From Candidatus Bathyarchaeota archaeon (lineage in GTDB: Archaea; Thermoproteota; Bathyarchaeia; Bathyarchaeales; Bathycorpusculaceae), in assembly GCA_963775685.1 (NCBI GenBank), contig CAVZJV010000014.1, positions 2,368,001 through 2,432,000 of the forward strand: 64,000 nucleotides of DNA, in the 5' to 3' direction. Shown in pieces: positions 29,564 through 39,667 of this stretch; position 1 is the stretch's first letter; each line of letters begins with the position of its first letter. The translations under genes were made by a program, and so were the position numbers. The notes beneath the pieces were generated by a model. The model was not told the DNA's origin. It saw nothing but the letters and a program-made list of their open reading frames with translations, and did not search any database.

Positions 29564-31752
29564 TTCTCTTTTCTCCTTATTGCATCAAACGGGCAGACAG
29601 TTTCACAAACGCCACAGCCGTTGCAGAGGGTGGCGTCGATTTCAGCCCGTTGATTCGTTAGACTGATAGCTGGGCAACCGAAGGCTTTTACGCAGACCCC
29701 GCAGGCGTTACACTCTTCTTTGATTTCTCGGGGCTTGCCTTTCTCAACAAGAAGTGGGCATGCCCGCTGCGAAATGATGACTGATGGACCCTGGTAATCT
29801 AGTGTTTCTCTTACGGCGGCCATTGCAGCTTCAAAGTCATAAGGGTCAACTGTCACAACCTTCTCAATTCCTACTGACTTGGCGATTTCTTCGATGCTAA
29901 CTACTTTAGCTTCAGTTCCCATAGCGGTTTTTCCTGAACCCGGCGTCGGCTGATGACCCGTCATGGCAACAACACTATTATCCATTATGATTACGCATAC
30001 ATTCGCTTTGTTGTAGACTATATTTAAAAGCCCTGGCATGCCCGCGTGAAAAAAGGTTGAATCGCCGATAACGGCGAACATTTTTTCTTTAACTCCAGCA
30101 TGAATCATACCGGCTGCCTGAGAAATTCCTCCGCCCATGCAAAGACAGGTTTGCACTGTACTTACTGGAGGAAAAACACCCAACGTATAACATCCGATGT
30201 CACCGGTTACGATTTTGTCATTGGATTTTCCAGTCAAACTCAAAGCGGTCTCGGGGCAAGCTGGGATGCATTTTGGATCGCCTCCACACAGATCACATAC
30301 CATTGCTTTGTGGCTGCTGGGATGAAGGGTTATCGCACCGTACTGGCAAGCATCAATGCACCAGTCGCAGCCTTTGCATTTCTGCTCGTCAACGATGATA
30401 GCCCCAGTTTCCATGGACTGACTTATGGCTTTCTCGGGGCAAGCATTGATACATGGCGCATTCATGCATGCTTTGCAGGTAACCGCCGTGTTGAAGGTTA
30501 GGCTGATTCTAACTGAGCGAATCCGAGACTTGAGGGGATTGAAGACCCTTTCTTTCTCAAAAGAACAAGCATACTCACAGTTGTCGCAGCCTACACATTT
30601 CTCGTTATCGCAGTTTATGGATTGGTAGGTCATATTTAAGGCGTAGTAGAATGCTCGGTGAGGGCATCCGGGGCAAAGCGCTGGGGGTCTTGGAGGCAAA
30701 TCTAGAGGTTCTTGTCTTTCGGCTGGAGTTGCAAGTCCCAGTTTAGCGAAAGCTTCCCGGACACTGTCAGGCGTGAATTCACCAACTTCTTCTAAGCCTA
30801 ACTGCCTTTTCCCAATAACTTGAAGGTTTAATCGCTGAAGGTTTTCCTCTATGTAGGGTCTTAATTCCTCGATAACTATGATTTTTTTTACTTTGGAAGC
30901 AAAGGTTCTAACCATCTCCGCTGGGAACGGATAAACAAACCCCAACTTTAGCCAAGAAAATTTTGTTGGTTCCAAAACTGACCTTGCATAATAGTAGCCA
31001 ACTCCGCTCCCTACAATGCCGATTTCGCAGCCGTTATCCTCAAGAGTGTTGAAATTTGAGTTTTCCGCTAGTTTTTTCGCATCCTCCAACCTGTTTTCCA
31101 AAATTCGGTGTTGCCGTATGGCGTTAGATGGAACCATAACCCATTTTGAACTGTTCTTATCAAATTCGACTCGGCGGCTGATTTTCTGGAAATCTCCAAA
31201 TCTTACTCTAGATTTCCCATGCGCAACTCTTGTCGTTAGGCGTAAGATGACTGGGAGGTGAAGTTTCTCACTAATTTCAAAAGCACCTTTTGCCATATCG
31301 CGGGCTTCTTGGGGGTTGCCCGCATCCAGCAAAGGCAACTTTGAGTGGACGGCAAAGAAGCGTGTATCCTGTTCGTTTTGGCTACTGTGTAATGCGGGGT
31401 CGTCGCAGACAGCGATCACCATGCCTCCCTCAACTCCAGTATATGCCAAAGTCATGACGGCGTCTGCGGCAACATTTAAGCCAACATGCTTCATGGAAAC
31501 AATGGAGCGAACCCCCGTCATCGAGGCGCCCGCAGCAACCTCGGCAGCCACAATCTCATTGATGCTCCATTCAGCATAAAATCCAAAATCTTTTGCAACC
31601 TCGGCTAGTGCTTCTAAGATTTCCGTAGAAGGTGTCCCGGGGTAGGCTGTGGCAACTTTAACGGTTGCTTCCACTGCCCCGCGCGCAACTGCTTCATCAC
31701 CGTTAAGCAAGGCAAACGCGCCTGGCTTACCTGTTGCAATCTTAGAAGTCAT
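29560..31752 (-). CDS. iorA: indolepyruvate:ferredoxin oxidoreductase alpha subunit with inserted 4x[4Fe-4S] domain
   Basis: YPGTPSTEI, MKHVGLNVAAD, SSQNEQD, LCPGCPHR, GDIGCY, GDSTFFH, MTGHQP, C-terminal 2x CxxCxxC. Confidence 0.93.
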   Translation of the reverse strand: MTSKIATGKPGAFALLNGDEAVARGAVEATVKVATAYPGTPSTEILEALAEVAKDFGFYAEWSINEIVAAEVAAGASMTGVRSIVSMKHVGLNVAADAVMTLAYTGVEGGMVIAVCDDPALHSSQNEQDTRFFAVHSKLPLLDAGNPQEARDMAKGAFEISEKLHLPVILRLTTRVAHGKSRVRFGDFQKISRRVEFDKNSSKWVMVPSNAIRQHRILENRLEDAKKLAENSNFNTLEDNGCEIGIVGSGVGYYYARSVLEPTKFSWLKLGFVYPFPAEMVRTFASKVKKIIVIEELRPYIEENLQRLNLQVIGKRQLGLEEVGEFTPDSVREAFAKLGLATPAERQEPLDLPPRPPALCPGCPHRAFYYALNMTYQSINCDNEKCVGCDNCEYACSFEKERVFNPLKSRIRSVRISLTFNTAVTCKACMNAPCINACPEKAISQSMETGAIIVDEQKCKGCDWCIDACQYGAITLHPSSHKAMVCDLCGGDPKCIPACPETALSLTGKSNDKIVTGDIGCYTLGVFPPVSTVQTCLCMGGGISQAAGMIHAGVKEKMFAVIGDSTFFHAGMPGLLNIVYNKANVCVIIMDNSVVAMTGHQPTPGSGKTAMGTEAKVVSIEEIAKSVGIEKVVTVDPYDFEAAMAAVRETLDYQGPSVIISQRACPLLVEKGKPREIKEECNACGVCVKAFGCPAISLTNQRAEIDATLCNGCGVCETVCPFDAIRRKEK

Positions 31753-31762
31753 AGGTTTGTCC

Positions 31763-33082
31763 TTACATTTTGCCTTTCCGCAAGTCCAAAACTCTTTTTG
31801 CTTTACCTTCGGTCCTTGGAAGTTCGCCAGGCTTTACGATTTCGACCTCAGCCGATATTCCCGTTACGATGTGGATTCTTTTTTGGATGTCACTTATCAA
31901 TGCTTTTTTGTCTAGTTGCGGGTTTTTGGCGGCTTGTTCACTTAACTCAACCTTAACCAAGAATGTGTCGAGTGCGCTTGGTCTGTCAAGAGCTATAAGG
32001 TATTGAGTTGCAAGTTCAGAGAAACACATGACAGCATACTCGATTTGAGATGGGAAAACGTTTACACCCCGAATAATCAGCATGTCATCCGATCTTCCAG
32101 TAACCCTGTCCATCCTTGCATGGGTTCTTCCACATGCACATTTCTCTACATTGATTTTGGAAATGTCTCTTGTTCGGTAACGTAAAATAGGTAAACCAAT
32201 TTTGCTGAGTGCAGTGAAGACTAGTTCGCCTTCGTCTCCAATAGGCAACACTTCACCCGTGTCAGGGTTGATGGTTTCCACGATAAAGTGGTCTTCCCAA
32301 ATATGTAATCCTTTATGCTCAGGGCATTCGATCGAGACTCCAGGACCACAAAGTTCTGTTAACCCGTAAACGTCGTATGCTTCAATTCCCATATCTTTTT
32401 CGATTCGTTCCCGAATTTTATGCGACCAGGGTTCAGCACCAAACATTCCTATTCTAAGTTTAAGATCCCTTTGAGGAACTATGCCTTCCTGAGCCATTGT
32501 TTCGGCAAGGTAAACCGCGAAACTTGGAGTGCAAGCCAATAATGTTACATCTAGATCTTTCATGAGTTTAATTTGGCGCTGCGTCATGCCGCCGCTTGCA
32601 GGAACAATTTTTGCTCCAACTTTCTGTGCGCCATAATGGAATCCTAAGCCTCCAGTGAACAAACCATAGCCGTAAGCGATGTGGATGACATCCTGGCGTC
32701 TGCCGCCCGTGACGTAGATGCTGCGCGCCATGAGTTCCTGCCACATGTCCATATCGCCCTTGGTGTAGGCGCCTATAATCGGGTTTCCTGTGGTTCCACT
32801 GGAAGCATGAATCTCAACTATCTCATCTGAATTAGAAGCAACCATGCCGAAGGGATAATTGTCTCTTAAATCGCTCTTTACGGTAAAAGGAATCTTTTGT
32901 AGGTCGTCAAGGGAACGGATATCCTCAGGTTTGAGACCGGCGCTTTCAAATTTTTTACGGTAAAAGGTGCTGTGTTCGTAGCAGTGTTTGACTTGTTCTT
33001 TGAGTTTTTGGAGCTGAAGTTTCCTTATTTCTTCAACTGGCATGGTTTCTATTTTTTCGTTCCAGTATTTGCCATCCGCCAA
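31763..33082 (-). CDS. paaK: phenylacetate-CoA ligase
   Basis: HASSGTTG, YGYGLFTGGLGFHYG, YGLTE, LRYRTRD, GRSDDMLIIRGVNVFP, GKAKR. Confidence 0.95.
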   Translation of the reverse strand: MADGKYWNEKIETMPVEEIRKLQLQKLKEQVKHCYEHSTFYRKKFESAGLKPEDIRSLDDLQKIPFTVKSDLRDNYPFGMVASNSDEIVEIHASSGTTGNPIIGAYTKGDMDMWQELMARSIYVTGGRRQDVIHIAYGYGLFTGGLGFHYGAQKVGAKIVPASGGMTQRQIKLMKDLDVTLLACTPSFAVYLAETMAQEGIVPQRDLKLRIGMFGAEPWSHKIRERIEKDMGIEAYDVYGLTELCGPGVSIECPEHKGLHIWEDHFIVETINPDTGEVLPIGDEGELVFTALSKIGLPILRYRTRDISKINVEKCACGRTHARMDRVTGRSDDMLIIRGVNVFPSQIEYAVMCFSELATQYLIALDRPSALDTFLVKVELSEQAAKNPQLDKKALISDIQKRIHIVTGISAEVEIVKPGELPRTEGKAKRVLDLRKGKM

Positions 33083-33101
33083 GTTTTTTGTCCCTCTCTG
33101 G

Positions 33102-33806
33102 TTAAAGGCCTAGATACACTTCTTTTATGTGACTATTAGATAAAAGTTCCCTACTCTTCCCTTCCAAGATTATCTTGCCTTCCTCAAGAACATAGCCTCG
33201 ATAGGCAACGTTTAAGCTATCATGAATATTCTGCTCTACCAAAAGAACTGTCACGCCTTCTTCGTTAATCGTTCGCACTGTATCAAGGACCTTCTCCACA
33301 ATGATGGGTGCCAACCCCAGGGAGGGCTCATCAAGGATTAGCAGTTGCGGATTAGACATTAGGCTTCGGCAGATAACCAACATCTGTTGTTCCCCACCGC
33401 TAAGAGTTTGAGCCAGAGCTTTCTCTTTCTTTTTCAAGACGGGAAAAATCTCGAAAACCCAGTCTTTGGTCTTATTAACTTTTGCGTTATCGGTTATGGT
33501 ATAAGCTCCCAGCGATAGGTTTTCCTCCACCGTCATGCGGGGAAAGATTTCTCTGCCCTCGGGAATCATGGTGAGTCCTTTTTTGACTATCTCGTAGGTG
33601 GGCAGTTTCTCGATGTTTTCGCCCTTGAATTTTACAGTGCCAGTTTTCGGATGCAAAAAACCCATGATGGTTTTCACCAAAGTGGTTTTGCCTGCGCCAT
33701 TGGGTCCGATGATGCTCACGATTTCGCCCTGTTCCACCTTAAAGTTTACGTCGTAGAGTATTTGCACCATGCCATATGCTGCAGACAACGTTTCGATATC
33801 AAGCAT
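33102..33806 (-). CDS. livF: ABC ATP-binding protein LivF
   Basis: GPNGAGKTT, PEGREIF, LSGGEQQM, LDEPSLGLAP, VEQN. Confidence 0.95.
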   Translation of the reverse strand: MLDIETLSAAYGMVQILYDVNFKVEQGEIVSIIGPNGAGKTTLVKTIMGFLHPKTGTVKFKGENIEKLPTYEIVKKGLTMIPEGREIFPRMTVEENLSLGAYTITDNAKVNKTKDWVFEIFPVLKKKEKALAQTLSGGEQQMLVICRSLMSNPQLLILDEPSLGLAPIIVEKVLDTVRTINEEGVTVLLVEQNIHDSLNVAYRGYVLEEGKIILEGKSRELLSNSHIKEVYLGL

Positions 33807-33809
33807 TTA

Positions 33810-34556
33810 TTATTTCTCTCCAAAAGTGAACCGCTTCCCCAAGTAAACCTTCACAACATTCTCGTCACAAACCACAGACTTGGGGGAGCCTTCACAGATT
33901 TTTTCGCCATGGTTCAAGACAATAACACGGCTGCATAAGCCCATGATAACCCGCATAACGTGTTCAACAATTAGCACTGTTACACCCTGTTTGTTGATGG
34001 TTTTGATTAGTTCTATCGCTTCATCTGACTCTTTAGGGGTTAAACCTGTTAGCAATTCATCGAGCAAAAGCAGCTTCGGGTTGGTTGCCAACGCTTTTGC
34101 AAGCTGGATCCGACGCAACTCAACGACGTTTAGTTTCTTGGCTGGCAAATCAAACTTTTCCTTGCCCAAACCCACAAACTCCAAAAGCTGCTGCGCTCGA
34201 GGCAAGGCATCGGTTTTTCCGCTGTACTTTTTCTCGTTAAACAAAACGCTCGTTAGCACGTTTTCAATAGCGGTCATTTCTGGGAACGACTGGACGGTTT
34301 GCGCTGTTTTGGTTATGCCTATTGCGCAGATCTTGTAGGGCGCGAGCTTTGAAATGTCTTGGTCTAAGAACATTATTTGTCCAGAGTCGGGTTTATAGAC
34401 GCCGCTGATTAGGTTTAATAGCGTGGATTTGCCTGAGCCGTTGGGTCCGACAAGTCCTGCTATCTCGCCGCTGTTTAATTTGAAATCGACGTTTTTTAGT
34501 GCTTGAAGTCCCCCAAAACGTTTGGACACTTCATTGCAATTAAGCAAACTTTGCAC
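33810..34556 (-). CDS. livG: ABC ATP-binding protein LivG
   Basis: FGGLQAL, GPNGSGKST, LLLDE, VEH, V..VYLG. Confidence 0.93.
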   Translation of the reverse strand: MQSLLNCNEVSKRFGGLQALKNVDFKLNSGEIAGLVGPNGSGKSTLLNLISGVYKPDSGQIMFLDQDISKLAPYKICAIGITKTAQTVQSFPEMTAIENVLTSVLFNEKKYSGKTDALPRAQQLLEFVGLGKEKFDLPAKKLNVVELRRIQLAKALATNPKLLLLDELLTGLTPKESDEAIELIKTINKQGVTVLIVEHVMRVIMGLCSRVIVLNHGEKICEGSPKSVVCDENVVKVYLGKRFTFGEK

Positions 34557-34666
34557 TCTCCGAATAGCAAGAAATTATTAATGTGGAAATATAAAGGTTG
34601 GTAGAAAACCAATTTCTCCCTTAAAAGTTAAATATCAACTTATCTTATCCTGTTGTAGGTGTCTGT

Positions 34667-35113
34667 TTGCCTATACCGCAAGTAAGCGTATTTCTCGATA
34701 ATCATCCAGGGTCTCTTTTCGATACTATGTCGCAGCTTGATAAAAATAAAATCAAAGTATTCGCGCTCTCCATCGCGGATGCAGGCGAGTTCGGTTTGGT
34801 TCGACTGATAACTGAGGAACCCTCAAAAGCTTCCAAAATTCTGGAAGATGCAGAATTTAATCTTGCCAAGTCTAAGAAGAACACAGAGGTCACAGCAACA
34901 TTCATTTCTGAGCAAAATACCCTTTCGAAAATTACAAAGATTTTAGGTGACGGCGGCATAAACATAGAATATGCCTACTCTTCTGCAGTACATATGGATG
35001 GAAAAGTAGCTTTGATTCTACGTCCAAGCAACGTTGATTTGGCAGAGGAGATGCTCAAGTCCGCCGGTGTTGCAGTTTTGTCGCTTGAAGAAATCCAAAA
35101 GTATTTCCAATAG
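34667..35113 (+). CDS. tandem ACT-domain protein
   Basis: QVSVFLDNHPGSL, ALSIAD..EFGLVRLI, INIEYAY; family commonly next to paaK. Confidence 0.9.
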   Translation: MPIPQVSVFLDNHPGSLFDTMSQLDKNKIKVFALSIADAGEFGLVRLITEEPSKASKILEDAEFNLAKSKKNTEVTATFISEQNTLSKITKILGDGGINIEYAYSSAVHMDGKVALILRPSNVDLAEEMLKSAGVAVLSLEEIQKYFQ

Positions 35114-35213
35114 CTTTTCTTTTAGAGTATTATTATAATATTTGAAAATATTGATTCTGGGACAATAAGCTTTAATTTGTGACATTATACGCCCTAAGGC
35201 AGAGGTCAGATAC

Positions 35214-38033
35214 ATGGTCACCAAAAACCTTGACAAGATTTTCAATCCTTCAAATGTAGCCATCATAGGCGCCAGCGACGTTGAAGGGTCCGTCGGCTAT
35301 GCTATAGTAAAAAACTTCACCCAGATGGGTTACACCGGCAAAGTTTACTTTGTTAACATACGCAAACCAGAAATTTTAGGCGTTAAAACTTATCCTACGG
35401 TCGACCAAATTCCAGAACCCGTCGACTTAGCCATCATCGCAACTCCAGCAAAAACCGTCCCCGATGTAATGGAGGAATGCGGCAAAGGAAACGTCAAAGG
35501 AGCAATCATCGTTTCCGCAGGATTCAAAGAAACAGGACCTGCGGGAAAAGCGCTGGAAGAAAGAACCCTTCAGGCAGCCAAAAAATACGGCATCAGAATT
35601 ATCGGTCCCAACTGCATCGGAGTAATCCGACCCCGAAATAGCCTCAATGCAACTTTCCTAGACAAAATGCCCAAGCCCGGCAACATAGCCTTCCTATCCC
35701 AGAGCGGCGCTTTGGGCTCTGCAATTCTAGACTGGGCTCTGCACGAAAACATAGGGTTCAGCAACTTCGTTTCCGTTGGCTCCATGATTGACGTGGACTT
35801 TGGCGATTTAATCGACTATTTTGGCTCTGACCCCAAAACCAAGAGTATTCTAATGTATGTTGAGGGCTTAACTGAAGCCCGTAAATTCATGAGCGCCGCC
35901 CGGCACTTTGCCCGAACTAAACCAATAATTGTCGTTAAATCAGGCAAATTCTCGGAAAGCGCACAAGCAGCCGCATCCCACACAGGCTCGCTTTCAGGCG
36001 AGGACGGCATCTACGATGCAGCATTCAAACGCGCCGGCATAGTCCGAGTTAATGAAATCGCTGACTTGTTTAATGCTGCGGAGGTTTTAGGAACCCAACC
36101 ATTGCCGAAGGGACCCAGACTCGCCATAATCACCAACGCAGGTGGACCCGGCGTAATGGCAACTGACTCACTAATCGCACAAGGCGGCAAACTAGCTAAG
36201 CTCAGCCAAAAAACCTTGGATTCCCTTAACGCTTTATTGCCTCCGTTCTGGAGCCACGGTAACCCAATCGATGTATTGGGAGACGCCAAATCGGAGCGAT
36301 ATAAGGCGGCGGTTGAAGCTTGCTTAAACGATGAAAACATCGATGGTATATTGATTATTTTCACTCAGCAGGCAGTTTCTGAATCTGTGGAAATCTCAAA
36401 AAACATTGTTGAACTTGTGCGTAACAAGACTTTCCAGAACAAGACAATCCTAACCTCGTTTATGGGTTTTGGCGCAGTGCAAGAAGCAAACAACATCCTA
36501 AATGCCAACAACATCCCCACATACAGCACGCCAGAACAAGCAGTACGAACCTACATGTATATGTACAACTACCAACGCAACGTCGACCTCCTCTACGAAA
36601 CTCCTGAAGAAATGCCTGTTGATGCAGCGCCTCCAAAACGACCAATCATGGCAATCTTAAGAAACGCGGCGTTTGAAGACCGTGAAATCCTAACTGAAGA
36701 CGAAGCCAAAAAAATCCTCAAATACTATAATTTCCCAGTTATCAAAACCGAAGCCGCAAACAACGTAGACGAAGCCGTTGTGTATGCGCAGGAAATGGGC
36801 TTCCCAGTTGTACTCAAAATTCTTTCACCCCAAATCGTTCATAAGAGCGACGCCGGCGGAGTAATCCTAAACGTTAACTCGCCAGACGAAGTGAGAAAGG
36901 CCTTCGAACTATTAATCCAGAGAGCAACCGCATTCAACCCGAAAGCCCAAATAATCGGTGTCACTGTCCAACCCATGGTTGCAAGGAAAGGCTTTGAATT
37001 AATTATTGGGGGAAAAACCGACCCAGTTTTTGGTCCAGTCATCCTGTTTGGAAGTGGCGGGGTAGGAGTGGAACTTTTCAAAGACACCTCTATTGGGTTG
37101 CCTCCGCTCAACACAACCCTTATTCATCGTATGATGGACGAAACCAAAGTCTACAGCCTCCTTAAAGGTTGGCGAGGCGCAGCTCCAGTGGACCTTAAAA
37201 AACTCGACGAAACTATGCTCATGTTCTCCCAGTTGCTAGTTGATTTTCCACAGATAAAAGAAATCGACATAAACCCACTTTTGATCAGCGAGAAAGAATC
37301 CTGCATCCTAGACGCCCGCATAGTCGTCAACAAGGCGGCTATATGCAAGAAATTTGAACCTCACGAACACATGGTTATAAGTCCTTACCCTAAAAAATAC
37401 GAGCTTTTGTGGCTGCTCAAGAATGGCCAAGAAGTCCTGTTACGCCCCGTAAAGCCGGAGGATGAACCAATGTGGCTGGAAATGTTCCAAAGCCTCTCCG
37501 AAGAATCAATACGCTATCGCTTCTTCCAAATGCTAAAAGACACACCACATGAAGTCCGCGTCCGATACTGTAACATAGACTACGACCGAGAAATTGCAAT
37601 CGTCGCCGAAATGGTTGAAAACGGCAAAAGAAAAATCCTGGGAGTAACCCGCCTAAGCATAGAATCCGATGAGAAAAGCGGTGAAATCGCTTTCCTTGTA
37701 AGCGATTACTGGCAAGGCTTAGGATTAGGCACAAAAATGGTCGATTATGTGCTCGACATCGCAAAAGAGAAGGGAATGGAAAGAGTCCACTCCATAATCC
37801 TGCAGGATAACTACCGAGCGTTGAGCTTATCAAAGAAGATGGGCTTCAAGATTGATTACTTAAACGACGGTACAGTCAAAGCAACCCTTAACCTAAAAGA
37901 AGAAGACATAGACTTCCGCTGCATACAACTACCTGAACCACCACAAAAAAAACAGGAAAAGCAAAAGCAAGAACCTCCCATTTCCGAGGGCAAAAAAATA
38001 GTTCGGGAACCGCAAGAAGCGTCACCTGCTTAA
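35214..38033 (+). CDS. NDP-forming acyl-CoA synthetase-like/GNAT fusion (Pat/Pka-type)
   Basis: AIIGAS, GPNCIG, SQSGAL, ASHTG, NPIDVLGDA, ATP-grasp (LKILSP.I.HKSDAGGV, EIDINPL), C-terminal GNAT (WQGLGLG). Confidence 0.92.
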   Translation: MVTKNLDKIFNPSNVAIIGASDVEGSVGYAIVKNFTQMGYTGKVYFVNIRKPEILGVKTYPTVDQIPEPVDLAIIATPAKTVPDVMEECGKGNVKGAIIVSAGFKETGPAGKALEERTLQAAKKYGIRIIGPNCIGVIRPRNSLNATFLDKMPKPGNIAFLSQSGALGSAILDWALHENIGFSNFVSVGSMIDVDFGDLIDYFGSDPKTKSILMYVEGLTEARKFMSAARHFARTKPIIVVKSGKFSESAQAAASHTGSLSGEDGIYDAAFKRAGIVRVNEIADLFNAAEVLGTQPLPKGPRLAIITNAGGPGVMATDSLIAQGGKLAKLSQKTLDSLNALLPPFWSHGNPIDVLGDAKSERYKAAVEACLNDENIDGILIIFTQQAVSESVEISKNIVELVRNKTFQNKTILTSFMGFGAVQEANNILNANNIPTYSTPEQAVRTYMYMYNYQRNVDLLYETPEEMPVDAAPPKRPIMAILRNAAFEDREILTEDEAKKILKYYNFPVIKTEAANNVDEAVVYAQEMGFPVVLKILSPQIVHKSDAGGVILNVNSPDEVRKAFELLIQRATAFNPKAQIIGVTVQPMVARKGFELIIGGKTDPVFGPVILFGSGGVGVELFKDTSIGLPPLNTTLIHRMMDETKVYSLLKGWRGAAPVDLKKLDETMLMFSQLLVDFPQIKEIDINPLLISEKESCILDARIVVNKAAICKKFEPHEHMVISPYPKKYELLWLLKNGQEVLLRPVKPEDEPMWLEMFQSLSEESIRYRFFQMLKDTPHEVRVRYCNIDYDREIAIVAEMVENGKRKILGVTRLSIESDEKSGEIAFLVSDYWQGLGLGTKMVDYVLDIAKEKGMERVHSIILQDNYRALSLSKKMGFKIDYLNDGTVKATLNLKEEDIDFRCIQLPEPPQKKQEKQKQEPPISEGKKIVREPQEASPA

Positions 38034-38098
38034 CTTCTTTACTTTTTGTTTTTGGTTAGTTTTAAATTTTTAAGCCACCACTATTAAATGGTGGAAGC

Positions 38099-39580
38099 AT
38101 GAGAAAGCTCATCTGGCTAACATTGACTATCGCAACCTTGGTCACCAGCCTTTTTCTGTTTGCCAACGTGCATGCCGCCACTTCTGTTACAGGGCAAATC
38201 AATTCTGATACAACCTGGACCTTTGCCAACAGCCCCTACAGGTTAACTGGAACCGTCTTTGTGAGTCCAGGTGTCACTTTAACTATTGAGCCTGGAGTAA
38301 CCATAGACTTTAACATGTTTTCCCTTCAGATAAATGGCGGCACACTGATTGCTCAAGGCACAAATGACAACAAAATAATCTTTTATTCTTCTTACATTTA
38401 TAGTTCCATTTCAATTATCCTCTCTTCCGGCACAAGTTGGAATGACACAACTGGAACCGGCAGCATAATTGAAAACGCGGTCCTCAATTCTGCATACATC
38501 TCCATAGCCAGTTGCTCGCCTAAGATAAGTAACAACTATTTTACAAATAATCGTTATACCTCACTTAGTATTGTCAACGGGTCTTCTTTGATCCTGAACA
38601 ATTCCTTCGATACCCAATCAACGAGTATCTATGTTTCAAGCACCGTGCCATGTTCCCCCAAAATCTTTGACAACTTTGTAAAATGTACCAGCATAACAGC
38701 TTACGGAATTAACGTTGGAAGCAACAACGCCTACATATCCGCCAACAACGTCACAGGCTGCTATATGGGCGTGTACGCCACTGGCAACGCAACCGTCACA
38801 AGAAACCTAATCAGAAACAATACTTACGGGATTTATCTGGGTAGCAACTCGGCAAATACAGCATCGGTTACAAGCAACATAGTCGCTAACAACAGCATTG
38901 GAATAAGCATTGGAGGTGGCATAATAATGGATAACACTATCGGCAACAACCAAATAGGACTATCTGTATCAACCACATCGGCAAACATTTCACAGAACAA
39001 CATCTTTGCCAACACACAATACAATCTGGGCATCTCAACAGTAAACGCAGTTGATGCACGCTATAACTGGTGGGGAATCGCAGACAGTTCAGTCATCAAC
39101 CAAACAATTTATGACAACAAAAACTCCACCTCCTTAGGAAAAGTCAGCTTTACACCCTTTTTGAATGATTCAAACACAGCCGCGCCCGCTATAGAAAGCA
39201 TAAACTTTGTTCCCAACCCTACCCCAACAGCTATTCCCACCCCAGTTCCCGCCCCAACCCAAACATATACTCCGATACCGACAAACATTACCTTTGGGCC
39301 TATCTCAACGGAAACTCCGCCGCCCACCCTTCCCACATCCGAACCAACACCCATCCCAACACCCACTCCAATGCCAACGCCGACCCCTACCCAAAAAGTC
39401 ATACCCGGCTCTCCACTTTCGATGGGCGGTCAATCGTTAGCCGAAGCAATATCCCAATTCGACCTCATGGGAGTAGCCCAGTTAGTACTCATCATATTGG
39501 GCGTTATGTGGACGGTTGTAATCTTGGTTTACGTTAATAAGACGGTTGGGAAAAAGAAGAAAGCATCCACAGGCCTCTAA
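38099..39580 (+). CDS. secreted right-handed beta-helix surface protein with P/T linker and C-terminal TM
   Basis: Signal peptide, DTTWT...SPY, TLTIEPG, Asn-rich repeats, VDARYNWWG, (PT)n linker, TM plus KKKK. Confidence 0.85.
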   Translation: MRKLIWLTLTIATLVTSLFLFANVHAATSVTGQINSDTTWTFANSPYRLTGTVFVSPGVTLTIEPGVTIDFNMFSLQINGGTLIAQGTNDNKIIFYSSYIYSSISIILSSGTSWNDTTGTGSIIENAVLNSAYISIASCSPKISNNYFTNNRYTSLSIVNGSSLILNNSFDTQSTSIYVSSTVPCSPKIFDNFVKCTSITAYGINVGSNNAYISANNVTGCYMGVYATGNATVTRNLIRNNTYGIYLGSNSANTASVTSNIVANNSIGISIGGGIIMDNTIGNNQIGLSVSTTSANISQNNIFANTQYNLGISTVNAVDARYNWWGIADSSVINQTIYDNKNSTSLGKVSFTPFLNDSNTAAPAIESINFVPNPTPTAIPTPVPAPTQTYTPIPTNITFGPISTETPPPTLPTSEPTPIPTPTPMPTPTPTQKVIPGSPLSMGGQSLAEAISQFDLMGVAQLVLIILGVMWTVVILVYVNKTVGKKKKASTGL

Positions 39581-39667
39581 AACATTTTTCATTTTCAAGT
39601 TCCATTCGTTTCTTCGGAACGAAAGATTGAAAGAGACAAACGAAGATGCTACTTTGTTAGATGCGTT

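Noticed and set aside
25570-37833. Many short antisense ORFs within the liv/ior/paa/pat genes
   Set aside because: Opposite-strand shadows of well-supported genes.
39210-39400. CCAAC-rich repeats here and at 7280-7400
   Set aside because: Explained by Pro/Thr linkers of surface proteins.
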